From a bacterium (lineage in GTDB: Bacteria > Fidelibacterota > Marinisomatia > Marinisomatales > TCS55): a stretch of 64,000 nucleotides of DNA. Where the stretch lies: contig SGYN01000008.1 in assembly GCA_004321715.1 (NCBI GenBank), positions 3,940-67,939 of the forward strand. The letters are read 5' to 3'. The first letter of the stretch is position 1; each line of letters opens with the position of its first letter. A program made the position numbers and the translations under genes. Below the pieces are notes generated by a model that saw only the letters and a list, made by a program, of their open reading frames with translations, did not search any database and had not been told where the DNA came from. Positions 19,373 to 28,624 of the stretch are shown here, piece by piece.

Positions 19373-20382
19373 GAATCATCCTCAGCATATAATTGAATAG
19401 TATCAATTAATCTTTTAGCAAATCCCCAACCATTATCATACCAACATAAAGTTTTTAATAACTTATCAGCAGTAATCATAGTTGCTTTTGCATCAAATAC
19501 CATAGTCTCTTCCCTGCCAATTACATCACTAGAAACGATAGGATCATTAGTATATCCAACTAAATCTTTATAATCATTTTCCGAATTTGTTTTCATAATG
19601 AGATTTAGTTCTTCAATACTTGGTAGAGTTTTTAGCTCCGTTGTAAGATCAACGCAAGACCCATTAGGAACAGGAACATTAAATGCTATACCATCCAACT
19701 TACCCGAAAACTGAGGCATTAATTTTTCAATAATCGCAGGAGCACTACTTGTATTAGGAATGATATTTTCAACAGCCGAACGACTTCGTCTTAAATCTAA
19801 ACCCACTGCATCAGCAAGCGGTTGGTCAGCCGTATACGCATGAACACTAGTCATCATCGCTCGTTGAACAGAATAATGTTTATCTAAGATTTTTAACATC
19901 AAAGCCAAAACTTGCGTTGTAGATGAAGTTGCAGAAATTATTTTATCATCTTTATTTATTGACTGTTGATTAATACCAGGAATTACAATTCGATCAATCT
20001 CATCATTTGGAGTTCTAGTAACCAATACTCGCTTTGCTCCAGAATGTAAATGCTGTTCTAATTCTTCTTTATTAAGATATTTACCGGTGGCATCTACAAC
20101 AAAATCAACGTTGAAAGTATCCCAAGGTATAGTACCAGGTTTTCCACCTGAAAGAATTCTAACATTTTGATCTTCTGAAATAAAATAATTACCATCAACT
20201 TTTATTTTATCATCCAAAGAACCATGCACAGAATCTCTCATCAATAAATAGTGGAGAGCTTCTGCATGCCCAAGATCACTAATAGCAACAAAATTTAATT
20301 TAGGGTTAGTATAACCAAGCCTAAATATATTTCTTCCTATTCGGCCAAACCCAAAAAGTGCTATATTAATTTTTTTACTCAG
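19369..20382 (-). CDS. GAPDH-like paralogue with the catalytic Cys replaced by Ser; no canonical start codon (CTG at 20382 proposed)
   Basis: The ORF track starts at TTG 20244. The in-frame upstream sequence back to the stop TAG (20392-20394) encodes SKKINIALFGFGRIGRNIFRLGYTNPKLNFVAISDLGHAEALHYLL, which is the Rossmann N-terminus. The active-site region reads SATSSTTQVLA against SNASCTTNCLA in the neighbouring gene. SVHAYTADQ and WYDNGWGF are retained. Its stop overlaps the gap start (ATGA at 19369-19372). Confidence 0.75.
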   Translation of the reverse strand: MSKKINIALFGFGRIGRNIFRLGYTNPKLNFVAISDLGHAEALHYLLMRDSVHGSLDDKIKVDGNYFISEDQNVRILSGGKPGTIPWDTFNVDFVVDATGKYLNKEELEQHLHSGAKRVLVTRTPNDEIDRIVIPGINQQSINKDDKIISATSSTTQVLALMLKILDKHYSVQRAMMTSVHAYTADQPLADAVGLDLRRSRSAVENIIPNTSSAPAIIEKLMPQFSGKLDGIAFNVPVPNGSCVDLTTELKTLPSIEELNLIMKTNSENDYKDLVGYTNDPIVSSDVIGREETMVFDAKATMITADKLLKTLCWYDNGWGFAKRLIDTIQLYAEDDS

Positions 20383-20507
20383 TTCAATTTCCTAAAAGTT
20401 TCAAGCATTGAATTTAATATTTTTTTGTTATTATAGAATAACCAATAAATTAAAGTATTATTTTTGATGCAATAATTGTAAAAATAAATATAAGGTAGCT
20501 AATAAAA

Positions 20508-21650
20508 ATGAAATTTGACACAAAAGTTATTCACGCAGCTATTAAACCAGATACAGATACTGGATCAATAGTCACTCCTATTCACCAAACAGCAACATAT
20601 GTAATGGAGAAGGTTGGGCAAGACAAAGGGTATGATTATACTAGATCAGCTAATCCAACACGAGAAATTATGGAAGACCATCTTGCGGCGCTTGATAATG
20701 GAAAATATGGAATAGCATTTTCTAGTGGGATGGCAGCTATTGATAGTTGTTTAAAATTATTAAAGTCCGGAGACCATGTTATTTGTTCAGATGACGTTTA
20801 TGGAGGAACATATAGATTATTTGATCAACTATTAGTTAATTATGGTATACGTTTTTCATTTATTGATACTTCATTTCCAGATCAAGTTGAAAAAGCCATT
20901 ACTTCAGATACAAGAATGATCTGGGCTGAAACACCAACAAATCCCTTATTAAAGATAACTGATTTAAATGCGATTTCTTTAATCGCAAAAAAGAATAATT
21001 TAATATTTGCAGTTGATTCAACCTTTAGTACACCTGTTTTCCTAAGGCCACTCGAATTTGATGTGGATCTAGTAATGCACAGCACTACAAAATATATTAC
21101 CGGACATAGCCAATTAATTGGGGGAATAGTAATTACTAACAGAAAAGATTTAGCTAATAAACTGAGGTTTGCTCAAAAAACCATTGGCGCAGTTCCAAGT
21201 CCAATAGATTGTTGGTTGACTTTACTAGGAGTAAAAACTCTTGATGTTCGAATGAAAAAACATGAAGAAAACGCGATAAAGATAGCAGAGTTTTTAGATA
21301 GTCACCCCAAAGTATCAACATTAACATATCCAGGCCTTCCTTCTCATCCAATGTATGATGTTGCAAAAGAACAAATGAGTGGGTTTAGTGGTATGATATC
21401 TTTGGAATTGAAAGGAGGAATTCCTGCAGGGGAAAAATTTTTAAATTCAGTTAAACTTGCACTTCTAGCTGAAAGCCTTGGTTCTGTGGAAACAATGGTA
21501 TTACATCCTGCATCAATGACACACGGGGATGTTCCAAAAGAGTATCGATTAACACATGGTCTTTCTGATGGATTGGTACGTATATCTGTTGGTATTGAAA
21601 ATGTTGATGATATAATCAATGATTTTAAACAAGCATTAGATAAAGTTTAG
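20508..21650 (+). CDS. Cys/Met-metabolism PLP enzyme (cystathionine gamma-synthase/beta-lyase/gamma-lyase family)
   Basis: HSTTKYITGHS holds the PLP-binding Lys. YTRSANPT, 380 aa. Confidence 0.85.
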   Translation: MKFDTKVIHAAIKPDTDTGSIVTPIHQTATYVMEKVGQDKGYDYTRSANPTREIMEDHLAALDNGKYGIAFSSGMAAIDSCLKLLKSGDHVICSDDVYGGTYRLFDQLLVNYGIRFSFIDTSFPDQVEKAITSDTRMIWAETPTNPLLKITDLNAISLIAKKNNLIFAVDSTFSTPVFLRPLEFDVDLVMHSTTKYITGHSQLIGGIVITNRKDLANKLRFAQKTIGAVPSPIDCWLTLLGVKTLDVRMKKHEENAIKIAEFLDSHPKVSTLTYPGLPSHPMYDVAKEQMSGFSGMISLELKGGIPAGEKFLNSVKLALLAESLGSVETMVLHPASMTHGDVPKEYRLTHGLSDGLVRISVGIENVDDIINDFKQALDKV

Positions 21651-21654
21651 ATAT

Positions 21655-21681
21655 AAAAAAGGCGCTAAAAGCGCCTTTTTT
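21655..21681. terminator. bidirectional intrinsic terminator between convergent genes
   Basis: AAAAAAGGCGC-TAAAA-GCGCCTTTTTT. Confidence 0.8.
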
Positions 21682-21699
21682 ATACTATATGATCTACTT

Positions 21700-22710
21700 T
21701 TAACTACAAGTAGTTTCAATCAATATTGCACATACTTCATAGGGGTCCATATTAGCTGATGGTCTTCTATCTTCCAAATAACCTTTACCATCATTAGCTG
21801 TAGCCATTGGAATTCTTATTGAGGCACCACGATCGCTTACTCCATAGCGAAAATCTTTTATAGAGCATGTTTCATGCAATCCAGTAAGTCTTTCTTCGTT
21901 ATGTGCACCATACAAAGCTATATGATCTTCATGTTTTTTTCCTAAAGATTCACATGCAGCTTCAATCACTTTTATTCCACCTTCATTTCTCATAGACTTA
22001 GTACTAAAATTTGTATGCGCTCCCGCCCCATTCCAGTCTCCTTTTACTGGTTTTGGATGCAGGGTGGCACTGACACCATAATCCTCAGCAATTCGATATA
22101 ATAGCCAACGACTTATCCATAATTGGTCTGCTACGTCTAAAGGGCCTAAAGGACCAACTTGATATTCCCATTGACCAGGCATTACTTCTGCATTTATACC
22201 AGATATTTCCAAACCTGCATCAAGACAGAGTTCTAAGTGCTCTTCAACAATATCACGCCCATACACCTCATCAGCGCCAACCCCACAATAAAAGGGGCCC
22301 TGGGGCGCTGGATATCCACCTTCTGGCCAACCTAATGGAACTCTTCCTTGAAAGAATGTGTATTCTTGTTCTATACCAAACCAAGATTCTTGATCTTTAA
22401 ATTTTTCATCAACTTTCCTTAAATGAGCTCTTGTATTTGTTGAATGAACAGAACCATCTGCATTCATAACTTCACACATAACTAAAACATCATCACCTCC
22501 CCTAATTGGATCAGGAACATAGGATACAGGCTGCAACATACAGTCGCTGTCATTACCAGCTGCTTGATTAGTACTTGAACCATCAAATCCCCATAAAGGA
22601 AGATCGTTTATACTATTTAAGGGACCATCAAAAACTTTGGTTTTTGATCTAAGTTTTTGGGTTGGTTCATGCCCATCCATCCAAATATATTCAGCTTTAA
22701 TTTTACTCAC
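21700..22710 (-). CDS. glnII: glutamine synthetase type II (eukaryote-like GSII), GTG start
   Basis: 336 aa. MSKIKAEYIWMDG opening, GIEQEYTFF, GINAEVMPGQWEYQVGP, NGAGAHTNFS and EDRRPSANMDPY are GSII signatures. AAGGAG lies 8 nt before the GTG. Confidence 0.9.
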   Translation of the reverse strand: MSKIKAEYIWMDGHEPTQKLRSKTKVFDGPLNSINDLPLWGFDGSSTNQAAGNDSDCMLQPVSYVPDPIRGGDDVLVMCEVMNADGSVHSTNTRAHLRKVDEKFKDQESWFGIEQEYTFFQGRVPLGWPEGGYPAPQGPFYCGVGADEVYGRDIVEEHLELCLDAGLEISGINAEVMPGQWEYQVGPLGPLDVADQLWISRWLLYRIAEDYGVSATLHPKPVKGDWNGAGAHTNFSTKSMRNEGGIKVIEAACESLGKKHEDHIALYGAHNEERLTGLHETCSIKDFRYGVSDRGASIRIPMATANDGKGYLEDRRPSANMDPYEVCAILIETTCS

Positions 22711-22736
22711 TATAACTACTCCTTATTTTTTAATTA

Positions 22737-23192
22737 TTATTTAATTTGATAACTATTTTTATTTATATCATACGATGACAAAATAACCTGTGTTTCTGTT
22801 CTTGAAACACCTGGCCAACTTTGTATTTTTCTTAGTAATTCTTCGAGTGCTTGAGAATTCTTAGCAATTACTATTAGAGTGTGAGATCCCTTTCCAGTTG
22901 TACTAAAGCATTGAATCACTTCTGATGAATCTTTTGCTAAATCAATAACATCTTTATAATGCTCTGAAGATTCAGAAATTATTGTGATAATGGCAGATAC
23001 ATCTAAACCTAACATCTTAGGATCTATATTTGCGTGAAATCCTTTTATTACTCCAGCTTCCACTAATTTTTTTATTCTCTCTGTTACTGTTGGAATTGAA
23101 ATTTTAAGCTCATCAGCTATATGGCTCGCTGCTATACGTGCATCTGATTGTAAAAAGTTTAGAATTTCTCTATCATAATCATCGATTTTCAT
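22737..23192 (-). CDS. Lrp/AsnC-family transcriptional regulator
   Basis: N-terminal HTH (DYDREILNFLQSDARIAASHIADELKISIPTVTERIKKL) plus a C-terminal RAM/AsnC_trans_reg domain; 151 aa. Confidence 0.85.
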   Translation of the reverse strand: MKIDDYDREILNFLQSDARIAASHIADELKISIPTVTERIKKLVEAGVIKGFHANIDPKMLGLDVSAIITIISESSEHYKDVIDLAKDSSEVIQCFSTTGKGSHTLIVIAKNSQALEELLRKIQSWPGVSRTETQVILSSYDINKNSYQIK

Positions 23193-23418
23193 TAAAATAT
23201 TTATCCTCCTCTTATCTTATATTATTATATATTTATGCTATTAAGCAATATAATTTTAGTATTAATTATATAATTATTTAATATTATAAGATATATGAAA
23301 ATAATATTCTGCAAAATTATTTCAACAACTAATTATCCTGAGGTTGCCAGTATTATCTTAACTTTGATCAAATTAAACAATTATTATAGTAAGCAGATGG
23401 TACTGTAAAGAATTATAC

Positions 23419-25167
23419 ATGAAATTTTTAATCAAATTTATTTTGATAATCACTCCTTTATTTGGAGTTGATTTAATTTTTTTTGGTGGTCATATCTTAA
23501 CAATGGATGATGAAAATCCATTAATTGAAGCAGTTGCAATTCACGATGGCAAAATTTATTCTATTGGAAAAAAAGATGATATATTCAAATTGCGATCATG
23601 GAAAACTAAAGTTATAAATTTACGTGGAAAAACATTGATGCCTGGTTTTATTGAGGCGCATTGCCATCCTATCGCTACATCTATACTAAGCCAGGTTATA
23701 AATATAAGTGGATTTCATTTTAATTCTAGATCAGAAATCTTAAACGTAATTGAATCGGCTGTTAAAGAGGCGTCCCCTGGTGAGTGGGTTCTAGCTTTTG
23801 GATGGGATCCCGTATTGGTATCTGATTTATATAAACCTACATTATCTGAATTAGATAGTATTTCATTAGATACCCCGATTTTTATATTAACACAAATGAT
23901 GCATGATGCATATGTTAATTCCGCAGTATATAAATCAGCTGGAATAACTATGGATACTCCAAACCCAATTGGAGGTGGAGAGTTCCAAAAAGATAGTCAG
24001 GGTAATTTAAATGGAGTTATTTATGAATTTAGCGCATTGCAATATGTACTAGATAAAATGCCTAAGACACCTGAAGGAACAGCAGAATTGCTACTTAATA
24101 TTCAATATACAAAATATGCTAAAGCAGGCTACACTTCCATTTCTGCTTTAGGACCAGTAAGTATTGCAGGTAACCCATTACAATTTATGGAAAACTTATC
24201 CATTAATGGCGCCCCTGTTAGATTATATGTTTACCCAGTTAACAAACAGCTTGATGGTACCAATTATACAGTTGATTACGGAAATGATTTTTTTAAAATA
24301 AAAGGGGTAAAACTATATATGGATGGTTCTCCTTATACGGGTGGAGCAGCTTTCTCAGAACCATATTTAAATACTGATTTAACATTAAATCGCTTAGGAC
24401 TAAAAAAAAATCATCGGGGTTCAATAAATTTTACTGAGGATTCATTATTTACAACCTTGAAATATTATCACAGGAATAACTATCAAATTGCCATACACGC
24501 ACAAGGTGAAATTGCCATACAAGGTATTTTAGATGCGTTTACAAAAATTCTATATAAGTATCCACGAACAAATCATCGCCATAGAATTGAACACAACGCA
24601 TTGATAACAAAAGAACAAATTACTCAAGCAGAAGAACTTGGAATTACCTTAAGCTTCTTTATAGATCATATATATTTTTATGGAGATAAACTAAAATATA
24701 TTGTTGGATCTGAACGAGCAAAGAGGTTTATGCCAATTCAATCAGCAATATCATTGGGACATAAGGCTACAATTCACACAGATAATCCTGCAACTCCAGT
24801 AGATCCATTTCGAGCAATCACTACAGCAGTAATAAGAAAAACAAAAAAAGGTGAAGTCATTTTGGGAAAAAATGAACGTATATCCGTAAATGATGCTTTG
24901 AAATCCATGACAATAAATGCTGCCTGGCAATTATTTGAAGAACAAAACAGAGGTTCAATAACAATTGGTAAATCAGCAGATCTAATGATTCTCTCTGATA
25001 ATCCACTTGAAATAGAGCAAGAAGAAATAAAGAATATAAACGTTATGAGTACTTGGATCGATGGAGAGCAAATAAATCATTCTATATACACTTGGAGAAA
25101 TTTGAAATTGCTTATGTTAATAATTTATAATTATCTATATACCAGTATTACAAACTGGCTCCTATAA
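23419..25167 (+). CDS. secreted metal-dependent amidohydrolase (Amidohydro_3-like) with C-terminal hydrophobic tail
   Basis: Signal peptide. PGFIEAHCHP HxH metal motif. IAIHAQGE, RIEHN, HTDNP. An extra hydrophobic C-terminus LKLLMLIIYNYLYTSITNWLL. Confidence 0.75.
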   Translation: MKFLIKFILIITPLFGVDLIFFGGHILTMDDENPLIEAVAIHDGKIYSIGKKDDIFKLRSWKTKVINLRGKTLMPGFIEAHCHPIATSILSQVINISGFHFNSRSEILNVIESAVKEASPGEWVLAFGWDPVLVSDLYKPTLSELDSISLDTPIFILTQMMHDAYVNSAVYKSAGITMDTPNPIGGGEFQKDSQGNLNGVIYEFSALQYVLDKMPKTPEGTAELLLNIQYTKYAKAGYTSISALGPVSIAGNPLQFMENLSINGAPVRLYVYPVNKQLDGTNYTVDYGNDFFKIKGVKLYMDGSPYTGGAAFSEPYLNTDLTLNRLGLKKNHRGSINFTEDSLFTTLKYYHRNNYQIAIHAQGEIAIQGILDAFTKILYKYPRTNHRHRIEHNALITKEQITQAEELGITLSFFIDHIYFYGDKLKYIVGSERAKRFMPIQSAISLGHKATIHTDNPATPVDPFRAITTAVIRKTKKGEVILGKNERISVNDALKSMTINAAWQLFEEQNRGSITIGKSADLMILSDNPLEIEQEEIKNINVMSTWIDGEQINHSIYTWRNLKLLMLIIYNYLYTSITNWLL

Positions 25168-25235
25168 TTATATTTTTTGATATTTATCAATAATTGTATC
25201 AAGTTTTGTTGGGTTTTATTGTAAAGCATGTGTTA

Positions 25236-25259
25236 ATATTCGACCCTTAGTCGAAATAT
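25236..25259. promoter_or_regulatory. candidate TetR operator (inverted repeat)
   Basis: ATATTCGAC-CCTTA-GTCGAAATAT with a perfect TTCGAC/GTCGAA core, ending 7 nt before the TetR start codon. Function is inferred from position only. Confidence 0.3.
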
Positions 25260-25265
25260 AAACTC

Positions 25266-25859
25266 ATGCTTTCAGAACGCCAAATAGAAGAACGAAAAAT
25301 TAGAAAGGAACGTATCCTTTCCAGTGCGCTTGATGTTTTTAAAGCAAATGGATTAGATGGGGCAACAATGGATTCCATTGCCGAAAAAGCAGGGTTTGGA
25401 AAAGCAACACTTTACTATTACTTCTCATCAAAAGAGGAGGTTTTCCTAGGTATTATGGAAGATGGGTGGAAAACCTTAATAGAAAGCTTAGAAATCATAA
25501 TTCAAGAAGAACAAAGTCCTAGAAAAACTTTTATTAAGATCTTGGTTCAGATTGCGCACAATGCAAAGCTTAGGCCGAACCTATATGAATTTCTTTTTCA
25601 AGCACCAAAAGTAATAAACCTTACTGACTTTAATGATCAGAATTGGAAAAAATACCAAGGTCAGCTTTACTCTATCCTAAGAGGTTTATTAGAAGATGGT
25701 ATAAAACTCAAAGAATTTCCAAAGCTAAATACTGATCTTATGTTTAAAGCCATTGGTGGTTTATTTACTGGTTTAATTTTCTTTGGTGATGATAAAAAGG
25801 GCTCTGTATCAGAAGATGAAGTAGAGGCACTATTAAATAATTTAATTAGTAAACAGTAA
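25266..25859 (+). CDS. TetR/AcrR-family transcriptional regulator
   Basis: HTH TMDSIAEKAGFGKATLYYYFSSKEEVF; 197 aa. Confidence 0.85.
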   Translation: MLSERQIEERKIRKERILSSALDVFKANGLDGATMDSIAEKAGFGKATLYYYFSSKEEVFLGIMEDGWKTLIESLEIIIQEEQSPRKTFIKILVQIAHNAKLRPNLYEFLFQAPKVINLTDFNDQNWKKYQGQLYSILRGLLEDGIKLKEFPKLNTDLMFKAIGGLFTGLIFFGDDKKGSVSEDEVEALLNNLISKQ

Positions 25860-25860
25860 G

Positions 25861-28038
25861 ATGATTATAAAGTATTTATGTTATTTATTATTGACATCTT
25901 TCCCAATTATTGGGGGAAGTATAAATGGTGTCGTATTTGATGAAATTGATAATTCTCCAATGATAGGTGCAAATGTATTATTAAGTGATCTTGAAATTGG
26001 TAGTTCAACAAATAGTAATGGTGAGTTTATTTTTTCAAATTTGAATGAAGGATCATACGATCTTCAAATTTCTTTAATTGGGTATGAAACATATTCAAAA
26101 TCGATTGTAATGAAAGAAAATGAAGATGTAAAATTAATTGTTTTTTTAAAAAGAGAGCCCATAATATGGGAAACAATAAATGTTGTGGGAATGTTTCCAT
26201 CAAAACATTCGCCTGAAATCACTCAAATCATTGATAACAAAATGTTATCACAAAAAAGTGTCTCCAGTATATCTGGATTGTTAAGATCAATGCATGGCAT
26301 CGATCTGCAGATGGCGCACGTACATGGTAGGAATGTGAATATATCAATTCGTGGTTCCTCAGATTATAAACCTGGTGGTTATAATAATAGGGTTCTTTTG
26401 CTTATTGATGGCTTTCCTGTATCAATACCAAATTCAGGAGCACCTGATTGGAATGCTATACCCTTAGAAAATATTGATCGTGTAGAAATTGTAAGAGGCC
26501 CCGCATCTTCTTTATATGGTCATAATTCTATGGGAGGTGTAGTTAATATGGTAACAAAGTCAAATACACCAAACAGATTACTGACGTATGATGCTGGAGT
26601 TGGAAGTTATAATAACAATATCCTGAATCTTAATTATAGTAGGGATATAAATAACATAAAAGTTTTTACTACTGCAGGTTATAATTATTCTACTGGTCAT
26701 AGATTTAATGCAAACCACAGTAATATTAGAGGATCATTCAAAATTAAGAATGTATCCAATAATCAAAAAAAATGGTCCTTATCTACCATTATTACAAAAT
26801 CTAATAATGGGCAACCTGGTTTTGTATATCCAGATAATCCGGGATTAATTTCATATAGAAAATCAGAAAGAATAAGTAGTTATATCCAATTATTTTATTC
26901 ATTACCAGTGTTTGATAATGGTTATTTATCTTCTTCACTTGGGCTAAATCAATTTTATACAATATATAATGATAGAAATGATACACCGATTGAAAAAGTC
27001 CAAGGACAAACAACATACGATGATCAAATGCTATTGCTTCGAAGTGAATACCAACATTTTTTTAATGATAAATCAATATTAACTGTTGGTACAGAATTTG
27101 GAAATGATCAGTCTAAAGCTGATGTAATAAATTCAATTTATACTCAACCTACCCAACGTACATTAGCATTATTTGGTCAATTGAAAAAAAATATAAGTAC
27201 ACTTTGGAAAATAGATGCTGGTATACGATATGATCATCGATGGGTAAGAGGTGGAAAAAATTATACAAAAAAAATATTTGAAGCTATTTCACCAAAGTTC
27301 AATCTTTATTTTCAATCCACTCCAACTAAGCAATATCACTTCTCAATAAATCGAGGATTTAGAGCTCCTTCCATATCAGAACTTTTTTTAGAACATGAAA
27401 GCAGCTATGGGCTACAATTCCGAGGAAACTCAACATTGCAACCAGAATATTTAACTGCGGCGGAGATTGGCTTCAAAAATCATGCCAACCAAAAGTATAC
27501 ATACTTCACAAATATATTTTATAATTATTATAATGATATGATTGATTTTGTTTATTCTATACCTGTAGAATCATTAAACCGAACAAATGTAAAAGGATAC
27601 GGTTTTGAACTGGGTGGAGATTTTTATCTGCCATTTAATATAGCAAGATTAGAATTAAGTTATTCATACTTAGATATGATTGATCTAAAGAATAAAGATT
27701 TACCAATTCTTTATAGATCAAATCATAAAATAAAAGGCTCTATCAGCAGGAAAATTTTTAATTTTACAAATATTTCTCTTTTATTTAATTATAAAAGCTC
27801 ACAAAAATATGAGGATTTCCTAAGTGATGATCATCCTGTCATTGATAATATATTTCGCTTCCCTATTGAAAATATACCGGAAACCATTCTTTTTGATTTA
27901 CAGCTTATAAAAAGAATTAATTCTTATAAGATAACGGGTATAATTAGAAATATTTTTGATACAGAATACGTGCTAATACAACACTATCCAATGCCTGGAA
28001 GAACCTGGCAAATAAATTTTTCAAAGCAATTAAACTAA
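25861..28038 (+). CDS. TonB-dependent receptor with CarboxypepD_reg-like N-domain
   Basis: INGVVFDEIDNSPMIGANVLL (CarboxypepD_reg-like). Plug motifs ISIRGSS, VLLLIDGFPV, VEIVRGPASSLYGHNSMGGVVNMVTKS. The start lies 1 nt after the TetR stop. Confidence 0.9.
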   Translation: MIIKYLCYLLLTSFPIIGGSINGVVFDEIDNSPMIGANVLLSDLEIGSSTNSNGEFIFSNLNEGSYDLQISLIGYETYSKSIVMKENEDVKLIVFLKREPIIWETINVVGMFPSKHSPEITQIIDNKMLSQKSVSSISGLLRSMHGIDLQMAHVHGRNVNISIRGSSDYKPGGYNNRVLLLIDGFPVSIPNSGAPDWNAIPLENIDRVEIVRGPASSLYGHNSMGGVVNMVTKSNTPNRLLTYDAGVGSYNNNILNLNYSRDINNIKVFTTAGYNYSTGHRFNANHSNIRGSFKIKNVSNNQKKWSLSTIITKSNNGQPGFVYPDNPGLISYRKSERISSYIQLFYSLPVFDNGYLSSSLGLNQFYTIYNDRNDTPIEKVQGQTTYDDQMLLLRSEYQHFFNDKSILTVGTEFGNDQSKADVINSIYTQPTQRTLALFGQLKKNISTLWKIDAGIRYDHRWVRGGKNYTKKIFEAISPKFNLYFQSTPTKQYHFSINRGFRAPSISELFLEHESSYGLQFRGNSTLQPEYLTAAEIGFKNHANQKYTYFTNIFYNYYNDMIDFVYSIPVESLNRTNVKGYGFELGGDFYLPFNIARLELSYSYLDMIDLKNKDLPILYRSNHKIKGSISRKIFNFTNISLLFNYKSSQKYEDFLSDDHPVIDNIFRFPIENIPETILFDLQLIKRINSYKITGIIRNIFDTEYVLIQHYPMPGRTWQINFSKQLN

Positions 28039-28061
28039 CTTGATAAAGGAACCGATAAACA

Positions 28062-28481
28062 ATGAATAAATTGTTTTTAAGACTACTGTGCACATTAGTA
28101 CTTATAATAACTATAGGTTGTGAAGATAACGACGCAAATAATGAAGTAATACTAGCCGAATCTGGATCAATATATGGTAAAATAACTTTCAGTGGAGCTT
28201 GGCCAGATACTGGAACAGTACTACTTACGTTAAACACAACATATCCACCACAAGGTCCTCCTGCAGGTTTTCAATACCTATCATTAGAAACGGTAGTAGA
28301 TAATGAATACACATATTCATTTAGTAACCTTTCATTTACAAACTATGAAGCGGTATCTATTACACACTGGCCAGATGATTATCCAAATGGATCCTATAGC
28401 ACTTTGGGAGGTCATTTTGAAGATATGCTAATCACTCAAGAAAGCCCAGAAACAGAAATAAATTTTAACGCTGATTTTTAA
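28062..28481 (+). CDS. small lipoprotein, function unknown (beta-sandwich-like)
   Basis: Lipobox ITIGC. GSIYGKITFSG is reminiscent of a carboxypeptidase-regulatory-like fold. 139 aa. Confidence 0.55.
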   Translation: MNKLFLRLLCTLVLIITIGCEDNDANNEVILAESGSIYGKITFSGAWPDTGTVLLTLNTTYPPQGPPAGFQYLSLETVVDNEYTYSFSNLSFTNYEAVSITHWPDDYPNGSYSTLGGHFEDMLITQESPETEINFNADF

Positions 28482-28624
28482 ATATGTTAAAATAAAAGCT
28501 TTTTACGCTTTTATAGTCTTGATTTTTATATAAAAAGGATTATTTTTGTCCATATTTTTGCTTTAAATATCTCATAGAAGTAAATTACCTGAATCCGAGA
28601 AAAATATATTAGGGGTAATTAACT

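Noticed and set aside
23295-23408. 37-codon ORF (MKIIFCKIISTTNYPEVASIILTLIKLNNYYSKQMVL) in the leader of the amidohydrolase gene
   Set aside because: It has no Shine-Dalgarno sequence. Its composition is what random AT-rich DNA gives, and nothing suggests a leader-peptide attenuator (no following terminator/antiterminator hairpins seen).
24402-24410. A9 tract and other A/T homopolymers (for example 17791-17808 and 45625-45632) as phase-variation sites
   Set aside because: Runs of A or T of this length are expected by chance in a genome this AT-rich. Only the C9 tract at 36507-36515 is compositionally surprising.
28482-28624. 143-nt gap inside the TetR-TBDR cluster as a possible small RNA or internal regulatory element
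   Set aside because: I could find no stable hairpin, conserved riboswitch core or repeat by eye. It most likely holds an internal promoter or is plain spacer.
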